Assembly (NCBI GenBank): GCA_964534325.1
Contig: CAZHOR010000003.1
Coordinates: 16,664 to 80,663, forward strand
Length of the DNA stretch: 64,000 nt
Direction: 5' to 3'
DNA from: an uncultured archaeon
GTDB taxonomy: Archaea > Halobacteriota > Archaeoglobi > Archaeoglobales > Archaeoglobaceae
The notes beneath the pieces were generated by a model, which was not told the origin of the DNA, ran no database searches, and saw only the letters and a program-made list of their open reading frames with translations. The translations under genes and the position numbers were made by a program. Of this stretch, positions 9,363 to 17,011 are shown in pieces (positions within the stretch are counted from its first letter, which is position 1; every line of letters begins with the position of its first letter).

Positions 9363-10271
9363 TCAGTCTTCGAATATGGGATGGCCCAGCTTATCCTTGA
9401 TAACCAGATAAGCCATTTCAGGGGGTATATTACCTATTTCGGTTATGATCACGTCTATATAGTCGCGGGGAGTAATGTCGAAAGCGGGATTCTTTACAGT
9501 TAGCCCTGGAAGGTTCATGATCTCCGGTGGAGCAACTTCTGATTTATCTCTCTCTTCGATCTCTACCAGCTCACCCAGTAGTGTCTTGGGACTGAACTTA
9601 TACGTCTCTGCGGCTACCATGAAAGGCACTCTTGCCTCCTTGGCGGAAAGAGCGATCTGTGAAGTACCTATCTTGTTGATCAGGGCTCCGTTGGCGGCTA
9701 TGGTGTCCGCACCCACGATGACGTAATCCATGCTCTCAATATAGTATCTGACCGCAGAATCGACTATCAATGTGGTGGGTATCCCCTCATCAGTCAGCTC
9801 CTTGACCGTGATATGCCCCTGAAGACGGGGTCTGGACTCCGTAGCCATTACCTCTATATTCTTTCCGGACTGATGAGCCGATTTTATGACCGAGAGAGCA
9901 GCTGAGGAGTTGCAGTGGGTCATGATAAGAGATTTATCTTTTATTCTTCTGGAACCAATGTTCCCTATTCTCTCATGGGCAATATCTACCCATTCGATGA
10001 ACTTCTCAGCTCGGGAGACAAGGTTCTGCCTCTTTTTATCCTCCTGATCGCCATTGTAATTCATAACGTAATTAACTGCATTGTACAGGCTGACGGCAGT
10101 AGGTCTGGTATTTATCAGGGTTTCGGCAGCTTTTCTCATATCGGAGTCGAAATCGTCTCCTGTCCTATCAGCGAAATCCATTAGTGTTTTGGCCGCAAAC
10201 TTGGCAATTTTTGCCGCACCCCGAACTTCCATGTTCTTGATCTTTGCCGCTGCTTCTTCTACTTCCTTCAT
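9363..10271 (-). CDS. eIF-2B alpha/beta/delta family protein, likely ribose-1,5-bisphosphate isomerase
   Basis: 302 aa. MEVRGAAKIAKFAA, THCNSSAA, VIVGADTIAANGALINKIGT and PFMVAAETYKF are family signatures. Confidence 0.8.
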   Translation of the reverse strand: MKEVEEAAAKIKNMEVRGAAKIAKFAAKTLMDFADRTGDDFDSDMRKAAETLINTRPTAVSLYNAVNYVMNYNGDQEDKKRQNLVSRAEKFIEWVDIAHERIGNIGSRRIKDKSLIMTHCNSSAALSVIKSAHQSGKNIEVMATESRPRLQGHITVKELTDEGIPTTLIVDSAVRYYIESMDYVIVGADTIAANGALINKIGTSQIALSAKEARVPFMVAAETYKFSPKTLLGELVEIEERDKSEVAPPEIMNLPGLTVKNPAFDITPRDYIDVIITEIGNIPPEMAYLVIKDKLGHPIFED

Positions 10272-10390
10272 AGTTATCTCTCTTTGCTGTATCCATGCTT
10301 ATTATATCTTTTCCGGGTTACGGGGGTTAGGGTTGTGGGGTTAAATAGGATCGAAGTTGAGATCATGCACTGTTCACTCATAAAGAAAAT

Positions 10391-10400
10391 TTTTTATAAT
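10391..10400 (+). promoter_or_regulatory. TATA box for a probably leaderless radC-like transcript
   Basis: tttttataat is centred about 26 nt upstream of the ATG at 10422, and no SD-like sequence lies in between. Confidence 0.4.
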
Positions 10401-10421
10401 CAACTATTAGTTTTACAAAAG

Positions 10422-11372
10422 ATGAAATTTGTTATAAAGGATAGTGGTGGATTTGGACTTCAGGAGCGGGAGGAAATAATCGATTTTCTGGTGGAGAACA
10501 GAGCATATCCCGTATGCAGGAATGGTAAGGTCTTTTTCACCGGAAAAAAGAAAACACCTCTATTCAACCAGTATAAGGATCACATCATCCACAAACTGGA
10601 GCTCAATACAGAAGAGGACTGCAAAGAAGTAAGGGAGATAGTTAAAGAGGAAATAAATAAATCCAGAACTACTAGACCTATCAAGGATTGGGTGGAGGAT
10701 GAAAGGCCCAGGGAAATGCTGATAAAGTTCGGGCCTCAACAGCTCTCCTCAGCCAAATTGCTGGCAGTTATCCTCAGGGTAGGCAACGAGGGAGTGAGTG
10801 CAGAGGACCTTGCGAGGAATCTGTTGAACCATTTTGGCAGTCTGAGGGCGGTGGATGAAGCTTCGATCAACCAGCTATGCCAGATACAGGGAATCGGTAT
10901 GGCCAAAGCCGCCCAGATCAAGGCGGCAATAGAGACAGGTAAACGGATGATGAGAGAAGGAGCAGAGAAAAGAGACAAGGTCCGCAATGTGAGCGATGTG
11001 GTGGATTACGTGTTCGATTACTACTCTCCCTACCTCAAGGACGCCAAAAAAGAATTCTTTAACATAATATTGCTTGACAGCGGTAACAAGCCCATAAAGA
11101 ATCTGGAGCTGAGCAAGGGTGGTTTAGAGACCAACGTGGTTGACGTGAGAGAAGTGGTCAGAGAAAGCTCAAAGGAAGGGGCTGCATCCATAATCCTGGT
11201 GCACAACCATCCCAGTGGAGAGCCAGAACCGTCAGGCGAGGACATAAACGTCACCAAAAGAATCGTGGAAGCCTGCAACCTGGTGGGGGTCAGGGTTCTG
11301 GACCATATAATCCTGGGAAGGGATAGAGATAATTACACCAGCTTTCTGGAGAAAGGATTGCTGGGGAATTGA
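10422..11372 (+). CDS. radC: RadC-like JAB/MPN domain protein (UPF0758) with an about 90-aa N-terminal extension
   Basis: HhH region (LLAVILRVGNEGVSAEDLARNLLNHFGSLRAV...IQGIGMAKAAQIKAA) and JAMM motif HNHPSGEPEPSGEDINVTKR. The track ORF starts at 10284 but overlaps the divergent gene. ATG 10422 is preferred. Confidence 0.8.
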   Translation: MKFVIKDSGGFGLQEREEIIDFLVENRAYPVCRNGKVFFTGKKKTPLFNQYKDHIIHKLELNTEEDCKEVREIVKEEINKSRTTRPIKDWVEDERPREMLIKFGPQQLSSAKLLAVILRVGNEGVSAEDLARNLLNHFGSLRAVDEASINQLCQIQGIGMAKAAQIKAAIETGKRMMREGAEKRDKVRNVSDVVDYVFDYYSPYLKDAKKEFFNIILLDSGNKPIKNLELSKGGLETNVVDVREVVRESSKEGAASIILVHNHPSGEPEPSGEDINVTKRIVEACNLVGVRVLDHIILGRDRDNYTSFLEKGLLGN

Positions 11373-11386
11373 TCTTTACTTTTATT

Positions 11387-12229
11387 TCATTTCAAGGCTT
11401 TGGCGATGAGGTCGGCTACGCTGATCTCGCTCACATTCCTTTCGATCGTGTCGGTAGCGATGATCTCTGATACGCCGGCTGTATAGAGCCTGTTCAAGGC
11501 GTAGCTGGCGAAGACAGGATGGACACACCCCACCTTTATCTCCTGTGCTCCTTGCTCCAGAAGGATCTTGGTGGCCTCCACTATTGTCCCTCCAGTAGAG
11601 ATGATGTCGTCAATGAGAACCGCTCTCTTCCCCTTTACGTCCATGTTCTTGGTCTCCATGACAACATGCTCCGCATCGATCCTCTTCTTCTCCAGGTAAT
11701 CGAAATCACAGCCAGCACTTTGAGCAGCCAGCTTAACGCAATCGTAGGCACCAACATCGGGAGAGATCATGCAGATATCTACTCCCCTGAAATGCTCTCC
11801 CAGAACCGGCATGGCATCAACTTCCTCAATATTCTTGAACTGCTTCTTTGACTCTTCACTATGGACATTAACTGATAAAACCCTGTCAGTATAATCCTCG
11901 ATCATTCTGGCAACCACTTTAATGCTCAGAGCTTCTCCCTCCATGAATCTCCTGTCCTGTCGAGCGTAACCGAGATAGGGGACCACGGCCGTAACGTTTT
12001 TACCTTCAAGAGCCTCTAAAGCCAGCATGAGAAAAATGAGATCATCGTTGGAGTTAATGCTCTGAATCACCACAGCATCCTGGCTATTACATTCCACACG
12101 GGTATAAAGCTCTCCGTCAGGGAATTTCTTGTACCTCGACTGAGCAACCTTCGAATTTAATCTATCTGCAACCCTGCTAGCCAGTAAAGGAGATGCAGGA
12201 CCGGCAACAACCTCCATATTTTTCCCCAA
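11387..12229 (-). CDS. prs: Ribose-phosphate pyrophosphokinase (PRPP synthetase)
   Basis: FPDGELYTRV, YLGYARQDRRF and the PRPP-binding loop AVLIDDIISTGGT. Confidence 0.9.
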   Translation of the reverse strand: MGKNMEVVAGPASPLLASRVADRLNSKVAQSRYKKFPDGELYTRVECNSQDAVVIQSINSNDDLIFLMLALEALEGKNVTAVVPYLGYARQDRRFMEGEALSIKVVARMIEDYTDRVLSVNVHSEESKKQFKNIEEVDAMPVLGEHFRGVDICMISPDVGAYDCVKLAAQSAGCDFDYLEKKRIDAEHVVMETKNMDVKGKRAVLIDDIISTGGTIVEATKILLEQGAQEIKVGCVHPVFASYALNRLYTAGVSEIIATDTIERNVSEISVADLIAKALK

Positions 12230-12286
12230 GTGTTGAGGTAATTAAAACTTGTCTTTTAGATGAGGGTAACACCCATAACCCTCCAA

Positions 12287-12991
12287 TCAACTAAGTTTCC
12301 CCTCCTGTATCACTTCAGGACTTATGTTTCCCTCATGGAAAGCGCTGGCGATCAGGACACCCTCAAAACCCATATCGTTTAGCTCCACAATATCTTCCAT
12401 TCTCCTTACTCCACCACCAGCGTATAGGGGATTGTCAGATACCTCGACGGCTTCACCGAAAATACTCTGGTCCAGTGAGAGAGTACCCACTCTGGAGAGG
12501 GTCAATATTATGACACCCTCCAAGTCGAATGAGTTCAACCACCCCAGAGCATCTTTCCACTCAGGGAAGCTGTTTGAAGCATCCAGGAACTCGTCCTTTA
12601 TATCCAGGCTGACATAACGAACATTAGCTGAGTCCTCTTCAAGCTGGCGGAGATTGAAGGTCTCGCTCCCCACCACTCCATCAAATTGCATATCTTCAAG
12701 CTCAAGTTCAGCAGGCTCTTTAAATCCGCAATCCGCAATCAAATGCTCTACTTTGCCGGATATGCTGTTGAGTATATCTGTGTTATCTCCAGCCCCCATT
12801 ATCCGGTCCAGATCCGCTGCATAGACGTACCTGGGTTCGACCTGTTCTATGACCATTTGAGGGCTACTGGTATCCAGTAACCTGCTGGAGAGGTGCACCG
12901 GCCGATACTTTTCTCTTTCCCCCTTAACTGCCCTCACAACCTCTTTGTGGAGGAGATCGATAACGAAATATAACTTCATAAATCCAACCAC
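12287..12991 (-). CDS. HisA/HisF-family (beta/alpha)8 barrel protein, ProFAR-isomerase-related
   Basis: Start likely MKLYFVIDLL. C-terminal GGGVR...GFEGVLIASAFHEG phosphate-binding motifs. It resembles the methanogen HisA-related family of uncertain function. Confidence 0.65.
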   Translation of the reverse strand: MVGFMKLYFVIDLLHKEVVRAVKGEREKYRPVHLSSRLLDTSSPQMVIEQVEPRYVYAADLDRIMGAGDNTDILNSISGKVEHLIADCGFKEPAELELEDMQFDGVVGSETFNLRQLEEDSANVRYVSLDIKDEFLDASNSFPEWKDALGWLNSFDLEGVIILTLSRVGTLSLDQSIFGEAVEVSDNPLYAGGGVRRMEDIVELNDMGFEGVLIASAFHEGNISPEVIQEGKLS

Positions 12992-13037
12992 TACTCCTTT
13001 AACTCAAAATTTTTCCTATACTTAGTGATCGAAAGCA

Positions 13038-13451
13038 CTATCTTCTAAACAGAATAACAGCAATAAAACCTCCCATTAGACACAAAACAGCCGTGAAACC
13101 CGAAATAACTGGTATGAACCCCGGTACCTCTGAATAGGATATTCCTGCAAAGTCGCTGGCGTATTCAAGCACAGCTTCGATCTCCTCATCAGTCAGTTTC
13201 TCGTCATAGGAAGGCATTATCTGAACCCCGTTTTTTACAGTGTTCATGAGATCCTTTTTTGTTGTAGATTTCCAGAAAGAGGGGTCGGAAAAATTTGCAT
13301 TTCTTATACCCATCCCGTCTTCAGCATGACACCGTTCACAATTTTCTTCATAGAGCTGGGCTCCATTCTGTGCCGTGGCGGGTGTCGCGACAGTCAGAAC
13401 TAATAGAACCAGTAATCCCCCAAATATTAGTTTACCAATTCTGGACAACAT
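13038..13451 (-). CDS. Monoheme class-I c-type cytochrome with Sec signal peptide and PGF-CTERM anchor
   Basis: Signal peptide ...VATPATAQ. A single CERCH haem motif is encoded at 13326-13340. A distal Met context GVQIMPSYDEKLTDEEIEAVLEY is present. The C-terminus PGFIPVISGFTAVLCLMGGFIAVILFRR (13041-13124) has PGF, a TM helix and a basic tail. Confidence 0.8.
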   Translation of the reverse strand: MLSRIGKLIFGGLLVLLVLTVATPATAQNGAQLYEENCERCHAEDGMGIRNANFSDPSFWKSTTKKDLMNTVKNGVQIMPSYDEKLTDEEIEAVLEYASDFAGISYSEVPGFIPVISGFTAVLCLMGGFIAVILFRR

Positions 13452-13578
13452 TTGCTTTTACGTCTATGTGATTTTATTTGAAATTTTCTTTCCCTTCTCT
13501 TTTTTTCTGATGTAGGGAGTCGCTTACTTTCTGGGGACAGGAAACATCTTAATAAACCACATCTCCATCCCACCTCAC

Positions 13579-14865
13579 ATGATAATTGCCCGGGGTAAAT
13601 CAGATTCAAAACAAAAACTGGTGGGAAAGATTCTGGAAGCGAACGGTAAGTCTTCCTCGCGTTTTGGGAACATAATAAAGTCCAGTCCTGCTTTTATGGT
13701 GATAGAGGACCCCGGGGAAGCAGGTAGAGTTGACCACGATTTCTGGAATTTTTGTGGGGAGACATACGTCACCAGAATTGGTGATCTGGTCAGTATTGCA
13801 GCTGAGAGACTGAAGAGCTCTCCGTTTACCAGAAGGATTTCCATTCCGGCGTGGAAGCCGGAGGACCACCTGTGCGATAATCCACCTGCTCTGACGGAGA
13901 TCAGTTTTCTTCAGCTGGAGGGAAAGCTGCACGCTACAGCTTATATCAGGAGTCTGGATGCCCTCAACTACTATAACTTCAACTTCGACCTCATAAACCA
14001 CATCTTACAGCAGGTCGTGGAGGATACTGGACATGAGTTTGAGAAGGGAACTATGGCCATGCTTGTCGCCATACCGCACATATACGCCAGGGACTACGGT
14101 AGAGCACAAGAGATGAGCAGAAGCTCTGAAGAGGTCTTCGGGGTGACTGAATATGGTGCTCACCTGGTAGAGGACTACTTCTCCACGGCCTGGCACTCCT
14201 CCCTGGAGGCCATATACCATCAGGGGAAGAAGAAGGAAACGGAGTGGGGTGAGCTGTTTGAAGGTCAGGCGGAGAGCATGTTCATCCACAGATTGTTCGT
14301 GGAAGTCAAAGACCCTTATGAGATGCAGCTCCACGATAAGGCTCCATTCACCAGGAATTACGGCATCGATTACGCCCACGATTACGTTATTTGCGCCAAA
14401 TACATTGATTCAGAGGTCAGGGAGAACATACTGAAAGAAGAGGAGGCTTACACGTATGCGGAGAGAGCTCGTTACTGTCAGTATGACGAACAGCATATTG
14501 ATCAGCTCTACACTGTTATAAACAAGCTGAAGCTGGACAGGAACAGAAGGGACTGTTACGTGGGTGTCTCAAGGCAGTGGGACCTGGAGTCGGATGAGCC
14601 GCCCTGTCTCAGGGGATACCAGTTCTGCGGCGAAAACAACGATGAGCTCAGTGGTTTATTCTATATGCGGTCCAATGACGCATACGGGGCCATGCACGCC
14701 AACATGTTCGCATTCTCTACCCTCACCCAGTACGTGACCGAATTAATCGGGCTCAAAAGACATAGATACTACCATTTTGCCCTGGACGCTCACATATATT
14801 CCGAGTTCCTGGAGGCGGTAGAAGACCTCCTCAAACCCGAGACGCCCACCTACAGCAGCGGTTAG
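13579..14865 (+). CDS. Tandem-duplicated thymidylate synthase (ThyA)-like protein (fused pseudo-dimer)
   Basis: N-half: FTRRISIPAWKPED, NPPALTEISF (Ala codon 13888-13890 where the catalytic Cys is expected), IRSLDALNYYNFN, IPHIY. C-half: YTYAERARY, IDQLYTVINKL, RNRRDCYVGV, EPPCLRGYQF (Cys codon 14605-14607), MRSNDAYGAMHAN, LDAHIY. Confidence 0.7.
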   Translation: MIIARGKSDSKQKLVGKILEANGKSSSRFGNIIKSSPAFMVIEDPGEAGRVDHDFWNFCGETYVTRIGDLVSIAAERLKSSPFTRRISIPAWKPEDHLCDNPPALTEISFLQLEGKLHATAYIRSLDALNYYNFNFDLINHILQQVVEDTGHEFEKGTMAMLVAIPHIYARDYGRAQEMSRSSEEVFGVTEYGAHLVEDYFSTAWHSSLEAIYHQGKKKETEWGELFEGQAESMFIHRLFVEVKDPYEMQLHDKAPFTRNYGIDYAHDYVICAKYIDSEVRENILKEEEAYTYAERARYCQYDEQHIDQLYTVINKLKLDRNRRDCYVGVSRQWDLESDEPPCLRGYQFCGENNDELSGLFYMRSNDAYGAMHANMFAFSTLTQYVTELIGLKRHRYYHFALDAHIYSEFLEAVEDLLKPETPTYSSG

Positions 14866-15129
14866 AAAAGCTATTGTATATTCCATTTCGATGTCAATTT
14901 TTGAAGGCCTTTTTACTGAAGGCAGTAAAGCCAAAACCAGTATCAGCAAACCTACCGACCCGTAAATGAGTTGTAGGGGTGGTTGAGGGTGGTAACCTAT
15001 TATCAATATCTCTACTCCCACCCATCCAATGAGTACAGCCCCTACGATCAGGGCACTAGACCTCCCAAAACGCCACTCAATCCCTGAAAGAACATCAGCA
15101 ATACAAGGATATAGACAGTTAAGGGTCAT
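14743..15129 (-). CDS. Hypothetical small membrane protein (doubtful)
   Basis: 128-aa ORF with two plausible TM helices (SALIVGAVLIGWVGVEILIIGY, LQLIYGSVGLLILVLALLP). Its 3' 123 nt overlap the convergent thyA-like gene. Confidence 0.3.
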   Translation of the reverse strand: MTLNCLYPCIADVLSGIEWRFGRSSALIVGAVLIGWVGVEILIIGYHPQPPLQLIYGSVGLLILVLALLPSVKRPSKIDIEMEYTIAFLTAAVGGRLGFEEVFYRLQELGIYVSVQGKMVVSMSFEPD

Positions 15130-15435
15130 GGCCCATTTTTCGTCATACGCTCACTCCAATCTGTTTACCAGTATTAAATAGTTGCTCGCCTTTTTATCTT
15201 TTCCATGGTTCACTGTTATGGTTGAATGAGGTCTTGAATGAGTGTAAATACTATGGGACAACTCAAATTATTTATTAACGATTTTTATATTAGTGACATA
15301 GTTGTCATAAGTCCTTATGAGCTCTCAAAGCAATAGACCCCAACATTTTTGTAGATTTGTTCAGGGAATTCTCTTTTATCATAAGTATCTTTCAACAATT
15401 AAGTTTAAAAAGTCAGAGTATTTGTTTCAGTTTGA

Positions 15436-16338
15436 ATGTGTGGAATAGTTGGACTTCTTTATAAGAAGAGGAATCCCAGGATGGGAGAAATCATCATAGA
15501 TATGATGCAGCAGCTTCAGCATCGGGGTAAAGATGGTGCTGGAGTGGCTATTTATGGCGATACTCAATTCTCTGAAAATGAATATGTAATGAAACTGGAG
15601 ATAACCAAGTTCGGGAGAAGAAAGAAGGTTGAGGAGATGCTGCACTCCAGTTGTGAAGTTGAGGAGACCAAAGTGGTCAGGGAAGGTAAGAATTTTACCA
15701 TACTTGATCTGCGCATAAAGATCACGGAGTTCAAGGAATTGAGGAATCTTCTGCTTGAGCTTCAGACCATCGACGGCGTGTCGGTCCTGAGTGCCGGTAA
15801 ATTCGAGATGATGAAGGATTTGGGAACAGTCTCTCTGGTGGACAGCATATACGGGATATCCGGTAAGGGTGGGACTCACGGTATCGGGCACATCCGCTTT
15901 TCTACGGAAAGTGGGGTGGACAGGTATCATGCTCACCCCTTTCAGAGCTTCGTCTATCCCGACGTTACGGTTGTTCATAACGGGCAGATAACCAATTACT
16001 GGAAAATAAGGAATTCTCTGGAAGCAAAAGGACACACATTCACCACCGACAACGATACGGAATGCATTGTGCATTTCGTGGCTGATATGCTTCTTGAAGG
16101 CAACACCTTAGAGGAAGCGCTGGATAACTCCGTTAACAAGCTGGACGGACCTTTTTCGTTCTTGATATCCACAGCGAGCTCCATAGGGATTGCCAAGGAC
16201 AAATTGGGGCTGAGGCCTGCTCTGGTCGCTGAAGATAGTGATGTCTTTGCGGTAGCAAGTGAAGAGGTGGCTCTGGAGCCATTAGGTCTGGATACAGAAT
16301 ATCTTTCACCGGGGGAAATAAGAGTATTCGAGAGATAA
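15436..16338 (+). CDS. Archaeal glutamate synthase, class-II glutamine amidotransferase subunit/domain
   Basis: N-terminal nucleophile MCGIVG. RFSTES and HNGQITNY motifs. Confidence 0.85.
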   Translation: MCGIVGLLYKKRNPRMGEIIIDMMQQLQHRGKDGAGVAIYGDTQFSENEYVMKLEITKFGRRKKVEEMLHSSCEVEETKVVREGKNFTILDLRIKITEFKELRNLLLELQTIDGVSVLSAGKFEMMKDLGTVSLVDSIYGISGKGGTHGIGHIRFSTESGVDRYHAHPFQSFVYPDVTVVHNGQITNYWKIRNSLEAKGHTFTTDNDTECIVHFVADMLLEGNTLEEALDNSVNKLDGPFSFLISTASSIGIAKDKLGLRPALVAEDSDVFAVASEEVALEPLGLDTEYLSPGEIRVFER

Positions 16339-16339
16339 T

Positions 16340-17011
16340 ATGGAGCTTGATTGTCAGGGTTTAACGGTTCGAGAAATAAACAGGAGCGTTCGAAAAGCAG
16401 TTGAAGCTGGAGAAAAGGAATTGACCATCCTCAACCCGGGAGCAAAGCACTACTTGTGTGCAGGACTTGAAGAAGAGGTAGATATTAACTTGAAGGGGAG
16501 TGTAGGCTATTTTGCTGCCACCATGATCCACGGACCGCGAGTAGTTATCGAAAAGAATGCTGGCTGGTTTGCAGCCGATAACATGACCAGGGGATATGTA
16601 GATGTAAGAGGGAATTCCGGTGACGGTACCGGACAGGGAATATACGGTGGAACTATCGTAGTGAGAGGGAATGCCGGGGCCAGGACAGGAGAGATCATGA
16701 AAGATGGGACCATAATTATTGGCGGTAATTCCGAGTTCATGACCGGCCTCTACATGATGGGCGGCTCCATTATTGTTCTGGGTGATTTGGGGGAAATGGG
16801 TGGAGAATCCATTGTGAGAGGCACAATCTACGTGAGAGGAGACGTAAAAACCCTGGGAAAGAATGCCAGAATAACCGAAGTGGACCAGGACGACGAGCAG
16901 TGGCTGGAAAAAACCCTTTCACAAAACGATTTTCCCCCGGACACTTCAAAGTTCAGGAAAATAACTCCCGTGAGCAAGAGATTTTACTATGCTCCCACGG
17001 AGGAAGGATAG
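16340..17011 (+). CDS. Archaeal glutamate synthase, GXGXG-repeat (GltB C-terminal beta-helix) subunit/domain
   Basis: Repeated G-x-G motifs (RGNSGDGTGQGIYGGTIVVRGNAGARTGEIMKDGTIIIGGN...). Tightly coupled to the flanking genes. Confidence 0.85.
   Translation: MELDCQGLTVREINRSVRKAVEAGEKELTILNPGAKHYLCAGLEEEVDINLKGSVGYFAATMIHGPRVVIEKNAGWFAADNMTRGYVDVRGNSGDGTGQGIYGGTIVVRGNAGARTGEIMKDGTIIIGGNSEFMTGLYMMGGSIIVLGDLGEMGGESIVRGTIYVRGDVKTLGKNARITEVDQDDEQWLEKTLSQNDFPPDTSKFRKITPVSKRFYYAPTEEG

Noticed and set aside
14743-14865. 123-nt convergent overlap between the thyA-like gene and a membrane ORF as a regulatory antisense arrangement
   Set aside because: More likely the 128-aa membrane ORF is spurious or a relic. 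There is no independent support.
15290-15310. Palindrome tgacatagttgtca upstream of the glutamate synthase operon as a nitrogen-regulator operator
   Set aside because: It does not match the GGAA-N6-TTCC NrpR operator form, and a short AT-rich palindrome is expected by chance.
15427-16074. 215-aa ORF on the minus strand
   Set aside because: It is entirely antisense to the glutamine amidotransferase gene, whose MCGIVG nucleophile and HNGQITNY motifs make the plus strand the real gene. The antisense product has no recognisable motifs.
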